NCBI GenBank assembly: GCA_963842945.1
Contig: CAWJIM010000021.1
Location: 64,001 to 128,000 of the forward strand
Direction of reading: 5' to 3'
Source: an uncultured Gemmatimonadales bacterium
GTDB taxonomy: Bacteria; Gemmatimonadota; Gemmatimonadetes; Gemmatimonadales; GWC2-71-9
Length of the DNA: 64,000 nt
Below are positions 9,802 to 20,101 of the stretch, in pieces. Position 1 is the stretch's first letter. Each line of letters starts with the position of its first letter. Below the pieces are notes generated by a model. It was not told where the DNA came from. It ran no database searches and was given only the letters and a program-made list of their open reading frames with translations. The translations under genes were made by a program, and so were the position numbers.

Positions 9802-9850
9802 CGACCCGGCACCCAACCTGCTCTCCAAGTCTCCTTAGCGTCAGGAGGAA

Positions 9851-11823
9851 ATGTGCCGCTCGATCCCGCAGGAGGCGCTGCGCGCGTGGTTCCTGGGCCC
9901 ACGGGGGGAGAACGCCGAGCTGCTGGAGCGCCTGGTGGTCGAGGCTCTCAGAGATCATGTGTTCTGGCGTCGCAATTATCACCCCGAGGACGGCTTCACC
10001 ATTCGAGAGATGGACAAACGGCAGGAGGGCTATGAGTCCAGCGTTGCCGTACTGACTCAGGAGCTTCTCGGCTTATTGGCCGAGCTCAAGCGCGACGTTC
10101 CGTTCTTCAGCGGACGCTACAAGGGCCACATGATCGCGGAGCAGACCATCGCCTCCCAGATCGGCTACTTCGCCACCATGCTGTACAACCCTAACAACAT
10201 CGCGGCCGAGATCTCCCCAGTGACCACTCGACTGGAGATGGAGGTCGCGCGCGACCTGGCCCGCATGATCGGCTACGATCCATCCCGGAGCTGGGGGCAC
10301 CTCACCTCGGGCGGCACCGTGGCCAACTTCGAGGCGCTGTGGCTCGCGCGCAGTGTCCGCTACCTGCCGGTGGCCGTAGCCGGCGCGGCTGCCGAGCTCG
10401 GGCTCGAACTGGAGGTGGGACTTCCTGATGGCAGCAAGGCACCGCTGACCGAGCTGCGACTCTGGGACCTGCTGAATATCCCGGACGAGGCCAGCCTCGA
10501 TCTCTGGGAGCGGCTCCTGCGGTCGGCCGGAGTGGCGGCGGCGCGGCGCGCCCTGGCAAACCATTCTCTCGCCGACGATCGGCTATCAGGAGTACAGCCG
10601 CCGGCTGGCGCTGGACTACGGCGACCCGCTGCCGGCCGGCGTCGTCCTGGTTGCCGCCACCGCCCATTACTCCTGGGAGAAGATTGTCCGGGCGCTGGGC
10701 ATCGGCTCCAATCAGCTGGTTTACGTTCCCCTCGACTCCTGCTTTCGAATGGACCCGACGCCCTGTGGGAGCGCGTGAGCGAGCTGGTCCGCCACCGGCA
10801 GCCGATTCTCGCCTGTGTGAGTGTCTGCGGGACCACGGAAGAGAGTGCAGTCGACCGGCTGGACCGGGTGATCGAAGTGCGGGACCGGGCGGCGCGGGAG
10901 CTGGGCGCCAGCTTCCACATCCATTCGGACGCGTGTTATGGCGGCTATGCCGCTGCCGTAACCAGGAAAGCGGACGGCACTCGCCGGACCGGCGCCGAGA
11001 TCAGGCGCTCTACCGGAGAGCTCGTGGCCTGATGACGACTGGATCCGGGCGATCTCCTCACTGGAGGGGGCCGACTCGGTGAGCATCGATCCGCACAAAA
11101 TGGGGTACGTGCCCTACTCGGCGGGCGCCATCCTGGTGCGCGATGGCAGGACTCGGCTACTGGTGGCTGCTGAGCCGCCCTATCTGGCTCCGGCTCGATT
11201 CTGCTGAATCCGAGGTGGAGCCGTTCCTGGGCCGCTACATCCTGGAGGGCTCGAAACCCGGCGCCGCGGCAGCCGCGGTCTGGCTGAGCCACAAGGTCAT
11301 TCCACTGGACGACCGGGGGTACGGCTATCTCATCGAGCGCACGATGGCCGGCGGCCGCCGGCTGCACGAGGAACTCGGCCGGGCGAACCTGGCTCCCTTC
11401 CAGGTGGTGCTGCTCCCGGTTCCCGACATCAACATCGTCTGTTATGTGATACACCATCCCTCTCACGCTACCCTCGCAGCCCTGAATGCCTTTAATGAGC
11501 GGGTCTTTTGCGAGCTGAGTCTGGCCCGGAAAGAGGGGCCCCCGGAATACATCATTACCCGGACCCGGCTGCAGAGTCCGATGTACGATGGGGCGATCGG
11601 TCCGCTGCTCGCCGCACTGGGGGTCTGCTCGTTCGATGAATGGAAGGCGAGCGGGTCAGAGGGGCTGGTGGTACTGCGCTCGACGGTGATGGACCCTTTC
11701 CTTGACCCGCCCGGACCAGGTCCCGACCACGTGGCCGGCTACCTCACAGCGCTCCGGGAGGCCTGCTCGGCGGCTCTCAGTCCTTCTCATCCTTCGGTTC
11801 CACCACTTCGTCTCCAGGACTGA
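9851..11823 (+). CDS. Group II pyridoxal-dependent decarboxylase (tyrosine decarboxylase-like), several frameshifts
   Basis: AWFLGPRGEN, YNPNN, GHLTSGGTVANFEALW, AHYSWEK, GTTEESAVD, HSDACYGGY, SIDPHKMGYVPY (PLP Lys, near 11082-11117), LEGSKPG. Confidence 0.85.
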
Positions 11824-12277
11824 GCGCGGCCGCCTGGCCAGGCCGGATCTCCGAATGGCGAATCTGACCTCCGAGATTGGCGACCCAACCGAAGTAGCCG
11901 CTCAACAGTACGCCCCCGATCAGCACGATCGCGGGATACCAGCGGGCCAGCGTGCGCCCGCCTCGGGAGCGGAGCCAACCGAACAGGGCCAGCAGAGCGA
12001 GTCCCGACATTCCGATAGTGCCGATGAGAGCCGCTTCCTCGTGCCGTTCCACCATGGAATCGAGCACTCCCGGCAACCCCTCGACCAGGTCTTCGGCGGG
12101 CTCTCCGGTCAGCTGAACCACGAGAGTCACGAGGGCAAGCAGGACCAGAAGTCCGAAGGCTGCTCTGATCAGCTCAGCGTTCCGCCGGACAAGTCCCCAG
12201 AGCAGCAATAGGACGACGATGGGGAGGCCGATCACCGGAACGTGATTGAGAGCAAGATGAATATGAGCCCAGCTCAT
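11777..12277 (-). CDS. Four-TM membrane protein, DUF2231-like
   Basis: HIHLALNHVP, TGEPAE, HEEAA, ANLGGQIRHSEIR. Confidence 0.7.
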   Translation of the reverse strand: MSWAHIHLALNHVPVIGLPIVVLLLLWGLVRRNAELIRAAFGLLVLLALVTLVVQLTGEPAEDLVEGLPGVLDSMVERHEEAALIGTIGMSGLALLALFGWLRSRGGRTLARWYPAIVLIGGVLLSGYFGWVANLGGQIRHSEIRPGQAAALSPGDEVVEPKDEKD

Positions 12278-12875
12278 GAGATACCTCCTGAACTACCTGA
12301 GTCTCAGCTGGCACGGCGAAGCCAACGGCCTCAGCCCGGCGGGCGATGCCGAGCAGCTGTTTCCGCTGCATGACGAGATGTCCCAGCGGCATAAGCGCAT
12401 CGCCCATCCAATGCGGCAGCCCCAACGGGGGACAATATGCCTCCCCGACACGAACCCGAACGATGAGCCGGGTACAGCCCGGAGCGGGCTCCTCTAGCAC
12501 GAAAGCCCAGGTCACGATGGGGACGCCCTCCGGCGAAGGCCAGCCCAGCACCAAGAACCGCTCGGCCTCAAAACTCAGAACCACAAAACCTTCGGTGATT
12601 CCCGGCTTCCCGGGAAATACGTCGCCGACCTTTACCTGCTGCAGCTCGGGAACGATTCGGTCGGCGCTCGGGCGGCCATTGTTGTCGATCCGATCGTAGC
12701 TGTACCAACCGGCTCGCCCACCGCCCATCTGCACCAGCCAGGGCCATACTTCACGGCGCGGACGCCGAATCGTGATGCCGTGGGTGATCATGGCCTGAGC
12801 CCTCGAGATCAGCTCATCGCCAGGAAGCATCCGCCAGCGCTCCCCGCGATTGGGTCGGACTGACCGTGCAATCAT
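12174..12875 (-). CDS. SRPBCC-like hypothetical protein
   Basis: LPGDELI..THGITIRRP..VWPWLVQMG.GRAGWYSYD..MQRKQLLGIARRAE; true end probably near 12274. Confidence 0.75.
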   Translation of the reverse strand: MIARSVRPNRGERWRMLPGDELISRAQAMITHGITIRRPRREVWPWLVQMGGGRAGWYSYDRIDNNGRPSADRIVPELQQVKVGDVFPGKPGITEGFVVLSFEAERFLVLGWPSPEGVPIVTWAFVLEEPAPGCTRLIVRVRVGEAYCPPLGLPHWMGDALMPLGHLVMQRKQLLGIARRAEAVGFAVPAETQVVQEVSHELGSYSSCSQSRSGDRPPHRRPIAALGTCPAER

Positions 12876-13492
12876 GGGCTCCTCCGGTTCGAGTCGGCCG
12901 CCCCTTCCTGCACCAACTGCGAAGCGGCACGTCTCTCGGCCTCGGCCTTGATCAGACTGAGCGCACGGTGCCTCACAATCCCGTCGCCCAGGCGGATCAG
13001 GCGCCAGTAGCGCCGGAAGTGAGCTCGCGCGGTTTCGTCGGTGGTGGCAATTCGCGCCTCGTAACGCAGCTGGGTCGCCCCGTAGGTGGGCCAGAGCGAA
13101 AGGCTGATGGCGAGCTTGGCGTATCCCGGCTCGTTGAAGGAAGCGAAATCCTCCGCTGGTACCGGTCTCCAGCCGTAGTCGGCCCGCCAGAATTTGCCCA
13201 CCGACCCTATCACGAGCTGGCTGCCCCGATCCTCGGCCAGCAGCATCCAGGGCATGTCTGTCTTCGCCAGGTCCTCGAAGGTGCAAACCTCCGGCGTGCG
13301 GGATGTCGGGATTCCGCGCATCCTCTCCGAGAGACGTGTCGGCAGCTCCCGCAGGGTGAAGAGCACGTCGATGATTGGATCGTGCAAGTCGGCGTGCCGG
13401 ATTGCCGCGTACACGATCTCTGGTGGTGCGTCTATCTCCACTTCGTGTATCTCAGTCACGTCGAACGCCGGCAGAAATCGCTCGATCAACAT
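12872..13492 (-). CDS. Hypothetical protein (DUF2867/SRPBCC-like)
   Basis: MLIERFLPAFD..H, VGKFW, F.EPGYAK, FRRYWRLI; ATGA coupling to the next gene. Confidence 0.7.
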   Translation of the reverse strand: MLIERFLPAFDVTEIHEVEIDAPPEIVYAAIRHADLHDPIIDVLFTLRELPTRLSERMRGIPTSRTPEVCTFEDLAKTDMPWMLLAEDRGSQLVIGSVGKFWRADYGWRPVPAEDFASFNEPGYAKLAISLSLWPTYGATQLRYEARIATTDETARAHFRRYWRLIRLGDGIVRHRALSLIKAEAERRAASQLVQEGAADSNRRSP

Positions 13493-14016
13493 TGTGATCT
13501 CCTTTCTACCTCCCAGGTGCCCCATTCAGTCTGGGGAAGCGGCCTGAACGTCAGATCTTCCAGCAGCGAGGTTGCCGTATAGCCGACGTCCGCACATCGG
13601 ATCTCCCCGGCAGCGAACTCGATCTCGGCGTACCAGAGCCGCAGTGCCTCCAGGAGAGCGCGTGCGGTCCGGGCCAGCTCCCGGGCAGTGCTCGTCCGGT
13701 GAGCCAGGCCGTCGAAGTCCCGATGCAAGTGATGCAATCGATCGAGCTGCATCGAAAGCCGTGCCCGGATCTCAGCCGGGATGAATGGATGCAGCTCATC
13801 CAGCAGCTCCTGCTCCCTCTGAAGCCGCACCGGCAGCTCGTCCCAGACATACCGCACGGCTGCCCACCGCTGCATGAAGGTTGCGTCCGAATCGGTCACC
13901 GGTCCGATGAACTTGTCTGCCTCAGCCATCCAGCGGTCATGGGTCCGAGCCAGGATCGGGTCAAAAGTGTCCCGAGCTGACCGGTCGAGCGGAGGGACTA
14001 CAGTCGTGGCGCACAT
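13486..14016 (-). CDS. Helical hypothetical protein, possibly hemerythrin-like bundle
   Basis: All-helical pattern with LQREQELL and LWYAEIE; canonical hemerythrin His ligands incomplete. Confidence 0.45.
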   Translation of the reverse strand: MCATTVVPPLDRSARDTFDPILARTHDRWMAEADKFIGPVTDSDATFMQRWAAVRYVWDELPVRLQREQELLDELHPFIPAEIRARLSMQLDRLHHLHRDFDGLAHRTSTARELARTARALLEALRLWYAEIEFAAGEIRCADVGYTATSLLEDLTFRPLPQTEWGTWEVERRSQC

Positions 14017-14057
14017 AGGATGACTCGCTGCTTCGAAGTAGGTGAACGCTCGTATCT

Positions 14058-14459
14058 CTACAGATTGCCGGTGGCCACCGCGCGGACGATATCGGTGGTC
14101 GAAATCACGCCGACCACCTTGTCGTCGGCGGTGACAAACAGCCGGTGCACGTCGGCATAGAGCATCTGCTGCGCGGCCTCCCTGACTTCTGCATCGGGCG
14201 AGACGGTCAGCGGCCGCCGGGTCATGATGTCCCGCACCATCATCTGCTCGAACAGGGCCTCCCGCTCGACCGCATCGTTGGCTTCCGCCTCGGAGGTCAG
14301 GACGTCGGTGCTCGACACCACGCCGACCATGCGTCCCCCGCCGTCAACGACCGGGAGGGCGGAGATGTGTGCATCGGTCAGGGTCACCACCGCGTCGTTG
14401 ATCGAGGTATCCAGGTTGACGGTGATGACATCGCCCTGCATCAGTTCGCGGACCCTCAT
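14058..14459 (-). CDS. CBS domain pair protein
   Basis: MRVRELM..ISALPVVD..VGVVSSTD and VRDIMT..VHRLFV..VGVISTTDI. Confidence 0.93.
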   Translation of the reverse strand: MRVRELMQGDVITVNLDTSINDAVVTLTDAHISALPVVDGGGRMVGVVSSTDVLTSEAEANDAVEREALFEQMMVRDIMTRRPLTVSPDAEVREAAQQMLYADVHRLFVTADDKVVGVISTTDIVRAVATGNL

Positions 14460-14522
14460 ACGTCCTCCCGGTTCATGTCAGGATCAGGTGAGCTGCTGAC
14501 TGCAATCTGACGCATGGACACC

Positions 14523-14557
14523 TGAAAGAGCCTGAAGCTGCCGTGAAAAGACCTTCA
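14523..14557 (-). promoter_or_regulatory. TTCA direct-repeat operator upstream of the CBS gene
   Basis: TGAA at 14523, 14533 and 14544 on +; TGAAGC-N4-GTGAAA-N2-ACCTTCA shared with 15613-15637. Confidence 0.6.
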
Positions 14558-14600
14558 TGAAGCCGCCGGGGCACACTGCAGTTATGCCGGGGCGAATTCC

Positions 14601-15541
14601 TCACCGACACTGAGCGCTCGCACTCGTTCGGGCTTGGCCTGCCGCGCTCGCCGGGTTCGCGGGCACCGGAGGAACCACCAGCACCGGTACCTCCGCTGTA
14701 CGTACTAGCTTATCGGTCACGCTGCCCAGGATGAACCGCCGAATTCCTCCCCGCCCGTGAGTGGCCATCGCGATCAGGCTCACCCGTCCGGGACGCGCCA
14801 GCTCGCGCAACTGATGGGCTGGCATGTCGGTGCCCATCAGCGCCACCCCCGAGGCCTTCACCCCGCTGCTCCGAAGTCGCTCGGCCGCATGCCTGACGTA
14901 CTCCTCGGCGGACTCCCGCGCTATCGCCGTCAGCTCCTGGTCGGAGTTCTGAGCCGCTGCGATTCCCGGTTCACCGGCAATCGGGACCGGGTAGACGATC
15001 TGCGCCAGAGTCAGCTCCGCGTCCCACAGTCTGGCCAGCGCCGCCGCGGGCTGGAATGCCGTTTCCGCCAACGGCGAGCCGTCCAGCGGGACGAGGATTT
15101 CGCTGGGCTCGAACTCGGGTGCTGCGGCACCTCACACGGCTGGACTACCAGGACAGGTATTCCGATGCGGCGGATCAGTTGGTCGGTCACGCTGCCCAGC
15201 CAGGCGCGCTCCAGGCCACCACGACCGTGCGTCGTCATGATCACGAGGTCGGCGCCGATCTTTCGCGCCTGCTTTACCAGGGTGGCGGCAACCGGCCCGT
15301 GCAGGAGAGCGGAAGAAACAGAGTCTCCCAGGCGCTCTCTGGCTCGTGCGGTAAGCCGCGAGAGATACTGCCATGCCAGCTCGACGGGCTCGAGGGGAAT
15401 GCGGTCCTGGTAGACAAAGACGAACTGGACTCTGCTGCGGGCTCGCTCAGCAACAGCCAGCGCATAGGGAATCGCCGCTTCGGCCAAAGTCGAGCCATCC
15501 ACCGGCACGAGAATCGAGTGAAACGCGGTCTTGTCTGACAT
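14601..15541 (-). CDS. Tandem-domain universal stress protein, frameshift near 15100-15130
   Basis: ILVPVDGS..MTTHGRGG..LGSVTDQL..PVLVV, then ILVPLDGS..MATHGRGG..LGSVTDKL..PVLVV. Confidence 0.9.
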
Positions 15542-15612
15542 GAGAACACCTCCTGGGCGCCGAGTGACAGCTTGATACCGGACAATTTGCCTTCGACTCT
15601 CGTCAGGAAGCT

Positions 15613-15637
15613 TGAAGCCGGGGTGAAAGAACCTTCA
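15613..15637 (-). promoter_or_regulatory. TTCA direct-repeat operator upstream of the USP gene
   Basis: TGAAGCCGGGGTGAAAGAACCTTCA, about 72 nt upstream of the start, same spacing as the CBS site. Confidence 0.6.
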
Positions 15638-15652
15638 CGATCCGGGAAGGCG

Positions 15653-15683
15653 GCAAAGAAAGACCCCGGAACGAATCCGGGGC
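15653..15683 (-). terminator. Intrinsic terminator of the hsp20 gene
   Basis: On -: GGCCCCGGA-TTCGT-TCCGGGGTC followed by TTTCTTTG. Confidence 0.65.
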
Positions 15684-15710
15684 CTGGAGGTCGTCGAGGA
15701 CCGGACGTCG

Positions 15711-16169
15711 TTACTTGATGACGATCCGGTTGGCCACCGCCGGCGCGACCTTGCGCAGGTGGATCACCAGGATTCCATCCTGATAGGTGGCCTTGACTTC
15801 CTTCTCCATTACCGGCGCGGGCAGGCGAATGGTACGGGTGAACTTTCCGACCTCGCGCTCCCGGCGCAGATAGGTCTCACCCGCGATCTCGGGCACCAAC
15901 TCGCGGCGGCCGTTGAGGGTCAGCAACGTGCCGGTCAGGTTGATGTCGAGGTTCTCCTTGTGAACGCCAGCCACCTCGAGCCGCACGATGTACTCCTCCG
16001 CGGTCTCGGTGAGGTCCAGCGCCGGATACCATTCCGCTTCCGCAGTCTCGAACGGGAATGGCGGAATGAAGGGCTCCGTCAGGAACCCGGGGGTAAGGAA
16101 GCGATCGAAGAACCGCTCGACTTCCTCTCCCACTTTCCCCTTCATGGGGGCCAGCTTCGCAACTCGCAT
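15711..16169 (-). CDS. Hsp20/alpha-crystallin family protein
   Basis: PALDLTET, LTLNGRR, REREVGKFTRTIRLP, ATYQDGILVIHL.K. Confidence 0.93.
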   Translation of the reverse strand: MRVAKLAPMKGKVGEEVERFFDRFLTPGFLTEPFIPPFPFETAEAEWYPALDLTETAEEYIVRLEVAGVHKENLDINLTGTLLTLNGRRELVPEIAGETYLRREREVGKFTRTIRLPAPVMEKEVKATYQDGILVIHLRKVAPAVANRIVIK

Positions 16170-16220
16170 AGAACCTCCTGTGAAATCGAAGTTGCAGGAG
16201 CAAAATACCGCTTGGCCCCT

Positions 16221-16297
16221 AAAGACTCCGTGAAACCCCGGTGAAATTTTGTCCCGCTGAATCAGAAAGATCTCACCCGGATTTCATCCTGCCTTTA
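16221..16297. promoter_or_regulatory. Back-to-back TTCA-N7 repeat arrays in the hsp20/tonB divergent promoter
   Basis: TAAA/TGAA/TGAA at 16221, 16231, 16242 (facing hsp20); CTCA/TTCA/TTTA at 16272, 16283, 16294 (facing tonB). Confidence 0.55.
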
Positions 16298-16346
16298 ATT
16301 CCCGGGTGGTAGCTTCGGATCGTAACTTCTCGAGCGAGCGTGGCCT

Positions 16347-17066
16347 ATGTTCGACGTCCTTCTTGCTTCCGGGGTGCACCGGGATATCAAGTTTCGCTGG
16401 TTCACCACTTCCGCGCTGAGCCACGGACTGTTGCTGGCGCTGGCAATCGGGGCCACACGCTCCGCCATGGAGGCAGCCCGGACCGCGCTACCCAACGACG
16501 AAATCCTGCTGTTCATCCCCCGGGCACCCGAGCCTCCGCCTCCTATCCGGGCGGAAAAGCCCGCCACGATCGTCAATCTGGGCGATCCTCCGCCGCAGGG
16601 ATTCCAAACGGTGCCGCCGCTGAGCGAAATCCCCAGCGTGATTCCGCAGGTGGACCTGAACCAGCGGCCGTTCGACCCGCGGGATTTCACCGGCCGCGGA
16701 ATGGAGGGCGGCGTGGCCGATGGAGTGGTGGGAGGCACCCGCCCGGTCGAGGTGCATGAGATCTACCAGGCAACCACGAACCTCCCCGGCTTCGAGCCTG
16801 CTATGGTGCTGTCCCAGCCAACACCCGAGTACCCCAGTGGGTTGGCCTCGGTAGGCATCGAAGGACGGGTGGAGGTGCAGTTCGTGATCGATACCACCGG
16901 GAAAGTCGAGCCTTCGTCATTCCAGGTGGTGAAGAGCACGCAGGTGGGGTTCGAGCCGGCCGCCCGCACGGCGATCATGGGATCCTTATTCCGGCCGGCC
17001 CGACTCAGCAATGTTCCCGTTCGCCAGCTCACCCGGCAGGCAATCAGATTCGTGGCAGCCCACTGA
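16347..17066 (+). CDS. Energy transducer TonB family protein
   Basis: N-terminal TM with S..SH motif, Pro-rich linker, PEYP..GIEGRVEVQFVIDTTGKV..FRPA C-domain. Confidence 0.88.
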   Translation: MFDVLLASGVHRDIKFRWFTTSALSHGLLLALAIGATRSAMEAARTALPNDEILLFIPRAPEPPPPIRAEKPATIVNLGDPPPQGFQTVPPLSEIPSVIPQVDLNQRPFDPRDFTGRGMEGGVADGVVGGTRPVEVHEIYQATTNLPGFEPAMVLSQPTPEYPSGLASVGIEGRVEVQFVIDTTGKVEPSSFQVVKSTQVGFEPAARTAIMGSLFRPARLSNVPVRQLTRQAIRFVAAH

Positions 17067-17113
17067 GGGGCGCATCCGCCGACGGCGGTCCACGACAGAG
17101 TGGCGAATGACTT

Positions 17114-17143
17114 GGGCCCGCGTTCGCAGTCGAGCGCGGGCTC
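17114..17143. terminator. Hairpin between convergent tonB and the cytochrome operon
   Basis: GGGCCCGCGTTCG-CAGT-CGAGCGCGGGCTC. Confidence 0.6.
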
Positions 17144-17146
17144 TTG

Positions 17147-18594
17147 TTAATCCCCTCCTGGAATGGCCGCACCGTGACACACAGTGCAGGCCTGAGAGTT
17201 CTTGCGCCGCAGCGTCTCCGGATCGAAGCCGGGGCCGTGGGGGTTGAATCGCCGCCCGCCCACCGCCGAGTGGCAAGTGAGACAATCGCGCTCCGCATGG
17301 CAGGCCACGCAGCTCTCCAGGTTCTGCCGCGCGGCCTGGCCGTGATTCAGCAGGAAGAACTGCTTGGCATCATGGTACCCTGCATTCAAGCGGCCCTTGC
17401 GCGGAGAGTCCGGCCTTGACATGACAGTCGGCGCAGAACTGGCCGGTGTTGTGGCAGTCGCTGCAGCTGGTCTCTCGGGTGTATGCAGCCGCCGGGTGAC
17501 GGGAGAGAAAGCCTGCAGGGTGGTATCCCGGGGTGGGATCTGCCGGATTGGGCCGGTGGCAGTCGAGGCACTGGGGCCGCACATGGCACCCTTCGCAGGA
17601 CTGGGGCCGGGCATCGGCCACCGGACCATGAATCTCGGTGAAATCCCGTCCATGCGAGTCGGGCCGCTCTCGCTCGGATGCTCGGCGCCTTTCCTCGTCC
17701 GGGTCCCGCAACCGGGAGGGCATGGACCGTGGCAGGCTTGCCGACATGACAGGTGAGGCAGCTCTCCTGGGTGTGACAGGTGGCGCAGGTGCCGGGAGAC
17801 TTGCGGGCCGGCTCTCCATGCCGGAACAGGAACTCGGGGTCTGCGATGATCGGCGGGCGCCTCGAGCTTCGCCTGGATGGCGGTCGACCGGGGATCGCGG
17901 CGCAGAGCCTGGATCACCGGCACTTCTGGCGCATTCACGTGGCATTGGATGCAGAAGTCCCGGGCATGGCAGGTGGCACAGGCCGCCGAGACCTTCGGCT
18001 CCGCCGGAGGCGCGGGCCAGCTTGCCATGCCCGCTGAAGGCAAAGCCGGGCTCGCTGGTGCGACTCCGGGGCCGGGAATTCGGCGACATCCTGCCGGGTC
18101 AGCCGGATCGCCTGGGCCAGCGGGACGTGGCAGGTGGCGCAGCTAGTGTCGGGTGCCGACAGATGGGCGGTCTGGATCCCATGGCAGTTAAGGCAGCTCT
18201 CGACCACGGCCAGTCGGACCTGCATTCGTCCTCCGGGTCCGGCATGGCAGACTCGACAACGCAGCGCAGAATCCTTCGCGGTAGCTTTCGCGCACCGCCT
18301 CGGCATGCCCGTCATGGGTAAACCGGAGGTTGGTTCGGGGCGGACCGGAAGGCGGCTGCCAGTCTACCCGGTCTTCTCGACCGTTCCATCATGACAGTCG
18401 GCACATGCGGTCGGCGGCAGGCCAGAGTGGCCGGTCCGACTCCTGCACGCCGGCATGGCAAGCTATGCAACTGGGAAAGAGCTTCCGGTGTTGCCAGTGG
18501 TCGAAGCGGTCCTGGCGCTCCTGGGAGAGGCCTCCGGCCGGGCTCCGCCGCCGAGTAAGACGAAAACAGCGACGATGACCCAGCGAAGCTTCAT
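17147..18594 (-). CDS. Exported multiheme c-type cytochrome, ~16 CxxCH (frameshifted)
   Basis: Signal MKLRWVIVAVFVLL. Motifs across frames: CIACH CADCH CRVCH CLNCH CATCH CATCH CIQCH CATCH CLTCH CEGCH CLDCH CSDCH CADCH CVACH CLTCH CTVCH. Confidence 0.88.
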
Positions 18595-20101
18595 CGCGTT
18601 CCCGCTGGAGGTCGGGTCCGGAGCGCCCGCGGGAAGGCGCGAGCGATCCGCTCCGCTACCCAGGAACAAGGTGACGCCGGCGTGCAGTCGGGTCTGATTC
18701 CAGTCGATCCCGCTGGCGTCGGGACGCCGCCGGTCCTCTCGATAGTGAGCCCCGCCCAGGGCCAGCCGCAATCGATCGCTGGGCCGCCACTCCGCATCCA
18801 GGCCCAACACGTCCACCCCTGCCTCTTCGAACCGAAACTCCAGTGGCCGGTCCAGCGTTGATCCATAGGCCGTGAGCGTGAGCTGAGCCAGCGGCACGGC
18901 GCTGATGCTGGCCTCGAATCCATGGGACGAGGCGCCGGGTCCGTACTCCTCCCGGTATCCCGCATCGAAGGTCCAGACTGCATTGGGACTGAAGGAGGCT
19001 CCGACCCCCAGACGCCAGCCGTCGTCATCCACATCCACCAGCGGGGTCTGAGGTCTCGGTAGGGGAATAGGCGTAATGCTCCCCGCGGCCCCTCAGCTCC
19101 AGCGCCGGCAAGGGGCGGACCCAGACCGAAGCATTCACTGCGTGGTAGGGCACCGGACTGAAGGCGCCCCAGATGGTCCAGAGATCGAAGTGGGGCCGGT
19201 ATTGCCGGGCGCCCACCAGCGCGGTGACGGCGGGCGTCGTGTAGCGCAGGCTCAGCGTCGGCGTTGCCGAACCAGGTGTTGGCCAGGTCGTACTCCGCTC
19301 CGCCCGTGACGCTCCATCGCGAGAGGGGCGCAGCTCGCCCGAAACGGCCGCCCGCTCGGACCCGAACTGCCGGGAGTCGCGATCCACCTCGCGCTGATAG
19401 TCGAGCCGCGACCTGGCCGTACCGGCCGGCCCAGCCCAGCGCACCGCCGGCCAGCAGCTGCCGGGACTCGGGGCTGAAACTCGTCCAGCGGGTTGATCGC
19501 CGAGCTGGAGACCGGGAGTGCCGTGGCCCGAGCCAGTCCGTAGCCGACGTAGCCTTCGGCTTCGAGACCCAGCCGCTGGGAACGGACGGTCGCCCGACCG
19601 CCGTCGAAGCCGACGATGCCGAGCCGGCTCACCAGCAGCTGGCGCCCGAGCCGGGCGGTCACGCCGCGGCTGGCGTAGTCGGCGTACGCCTCCAGCAGTT
19701 GAATCGGGGGGTCGGTTCCGGGCCAGACCTCACTCTCGCCAAGGTCGGTGCCCGCTCGCGCGTTCACTCGAAGGCTCAGACCATTCATGCCCAGCCCCCA
19801 GAGCAGTAAGGTCGGCGCTGGTGACCAGAGGCCCTCCCTGCAGATAGGGGCCCGGCCGAAAGAAGAAGCAGTGCGTCGCCCCGGGCTGGCAGCGAACGAA
19901 GAATCCGTCCGCAGTCTGGAATCCCCCGGTCGGCCCGACCACGACGTCGGTGGCGAGCACGCTGTCGGCCCGGACCCCACGGTAGGCGGCAGCCTGGGCT
20001 CGGGCATCGAGCCGGAGCCGATAGCCCTGCGCCTCGAGCGCGGGGGTGAGGAGCCAGCACCGAGTCAGCGACGAGCATCCAGCGCTCCGGGCTCGGCTCA
20101 C
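18591..20101 (-). CDS. Outer-membrane beta-barrel (porin) of a porin-cytochrome cluster (frameshifted)
   Basis: GTG start overlapping the upstream stop, signal ending ALEA-Q, amphipathic strands (LLEAYADY, ARLGRQ, GFDGGR, WRLGVGASF, LGLDAEWR, RLHAGVTLFL), no heme motifs; ATGA coupling downstream. Confidence 0.75.

Noticed and set aside
14543..15638. Rex or FNR operator (GTGAA..TTCAC)
   Set aside because: Spacer is 6 nt (3 nt at 23906), not the 4 nt of Rex TTGTGAA-N4-TTCACAA, and there is no TTGAT-N4-ATCAA. The 11-bp direct repeat explains more sites
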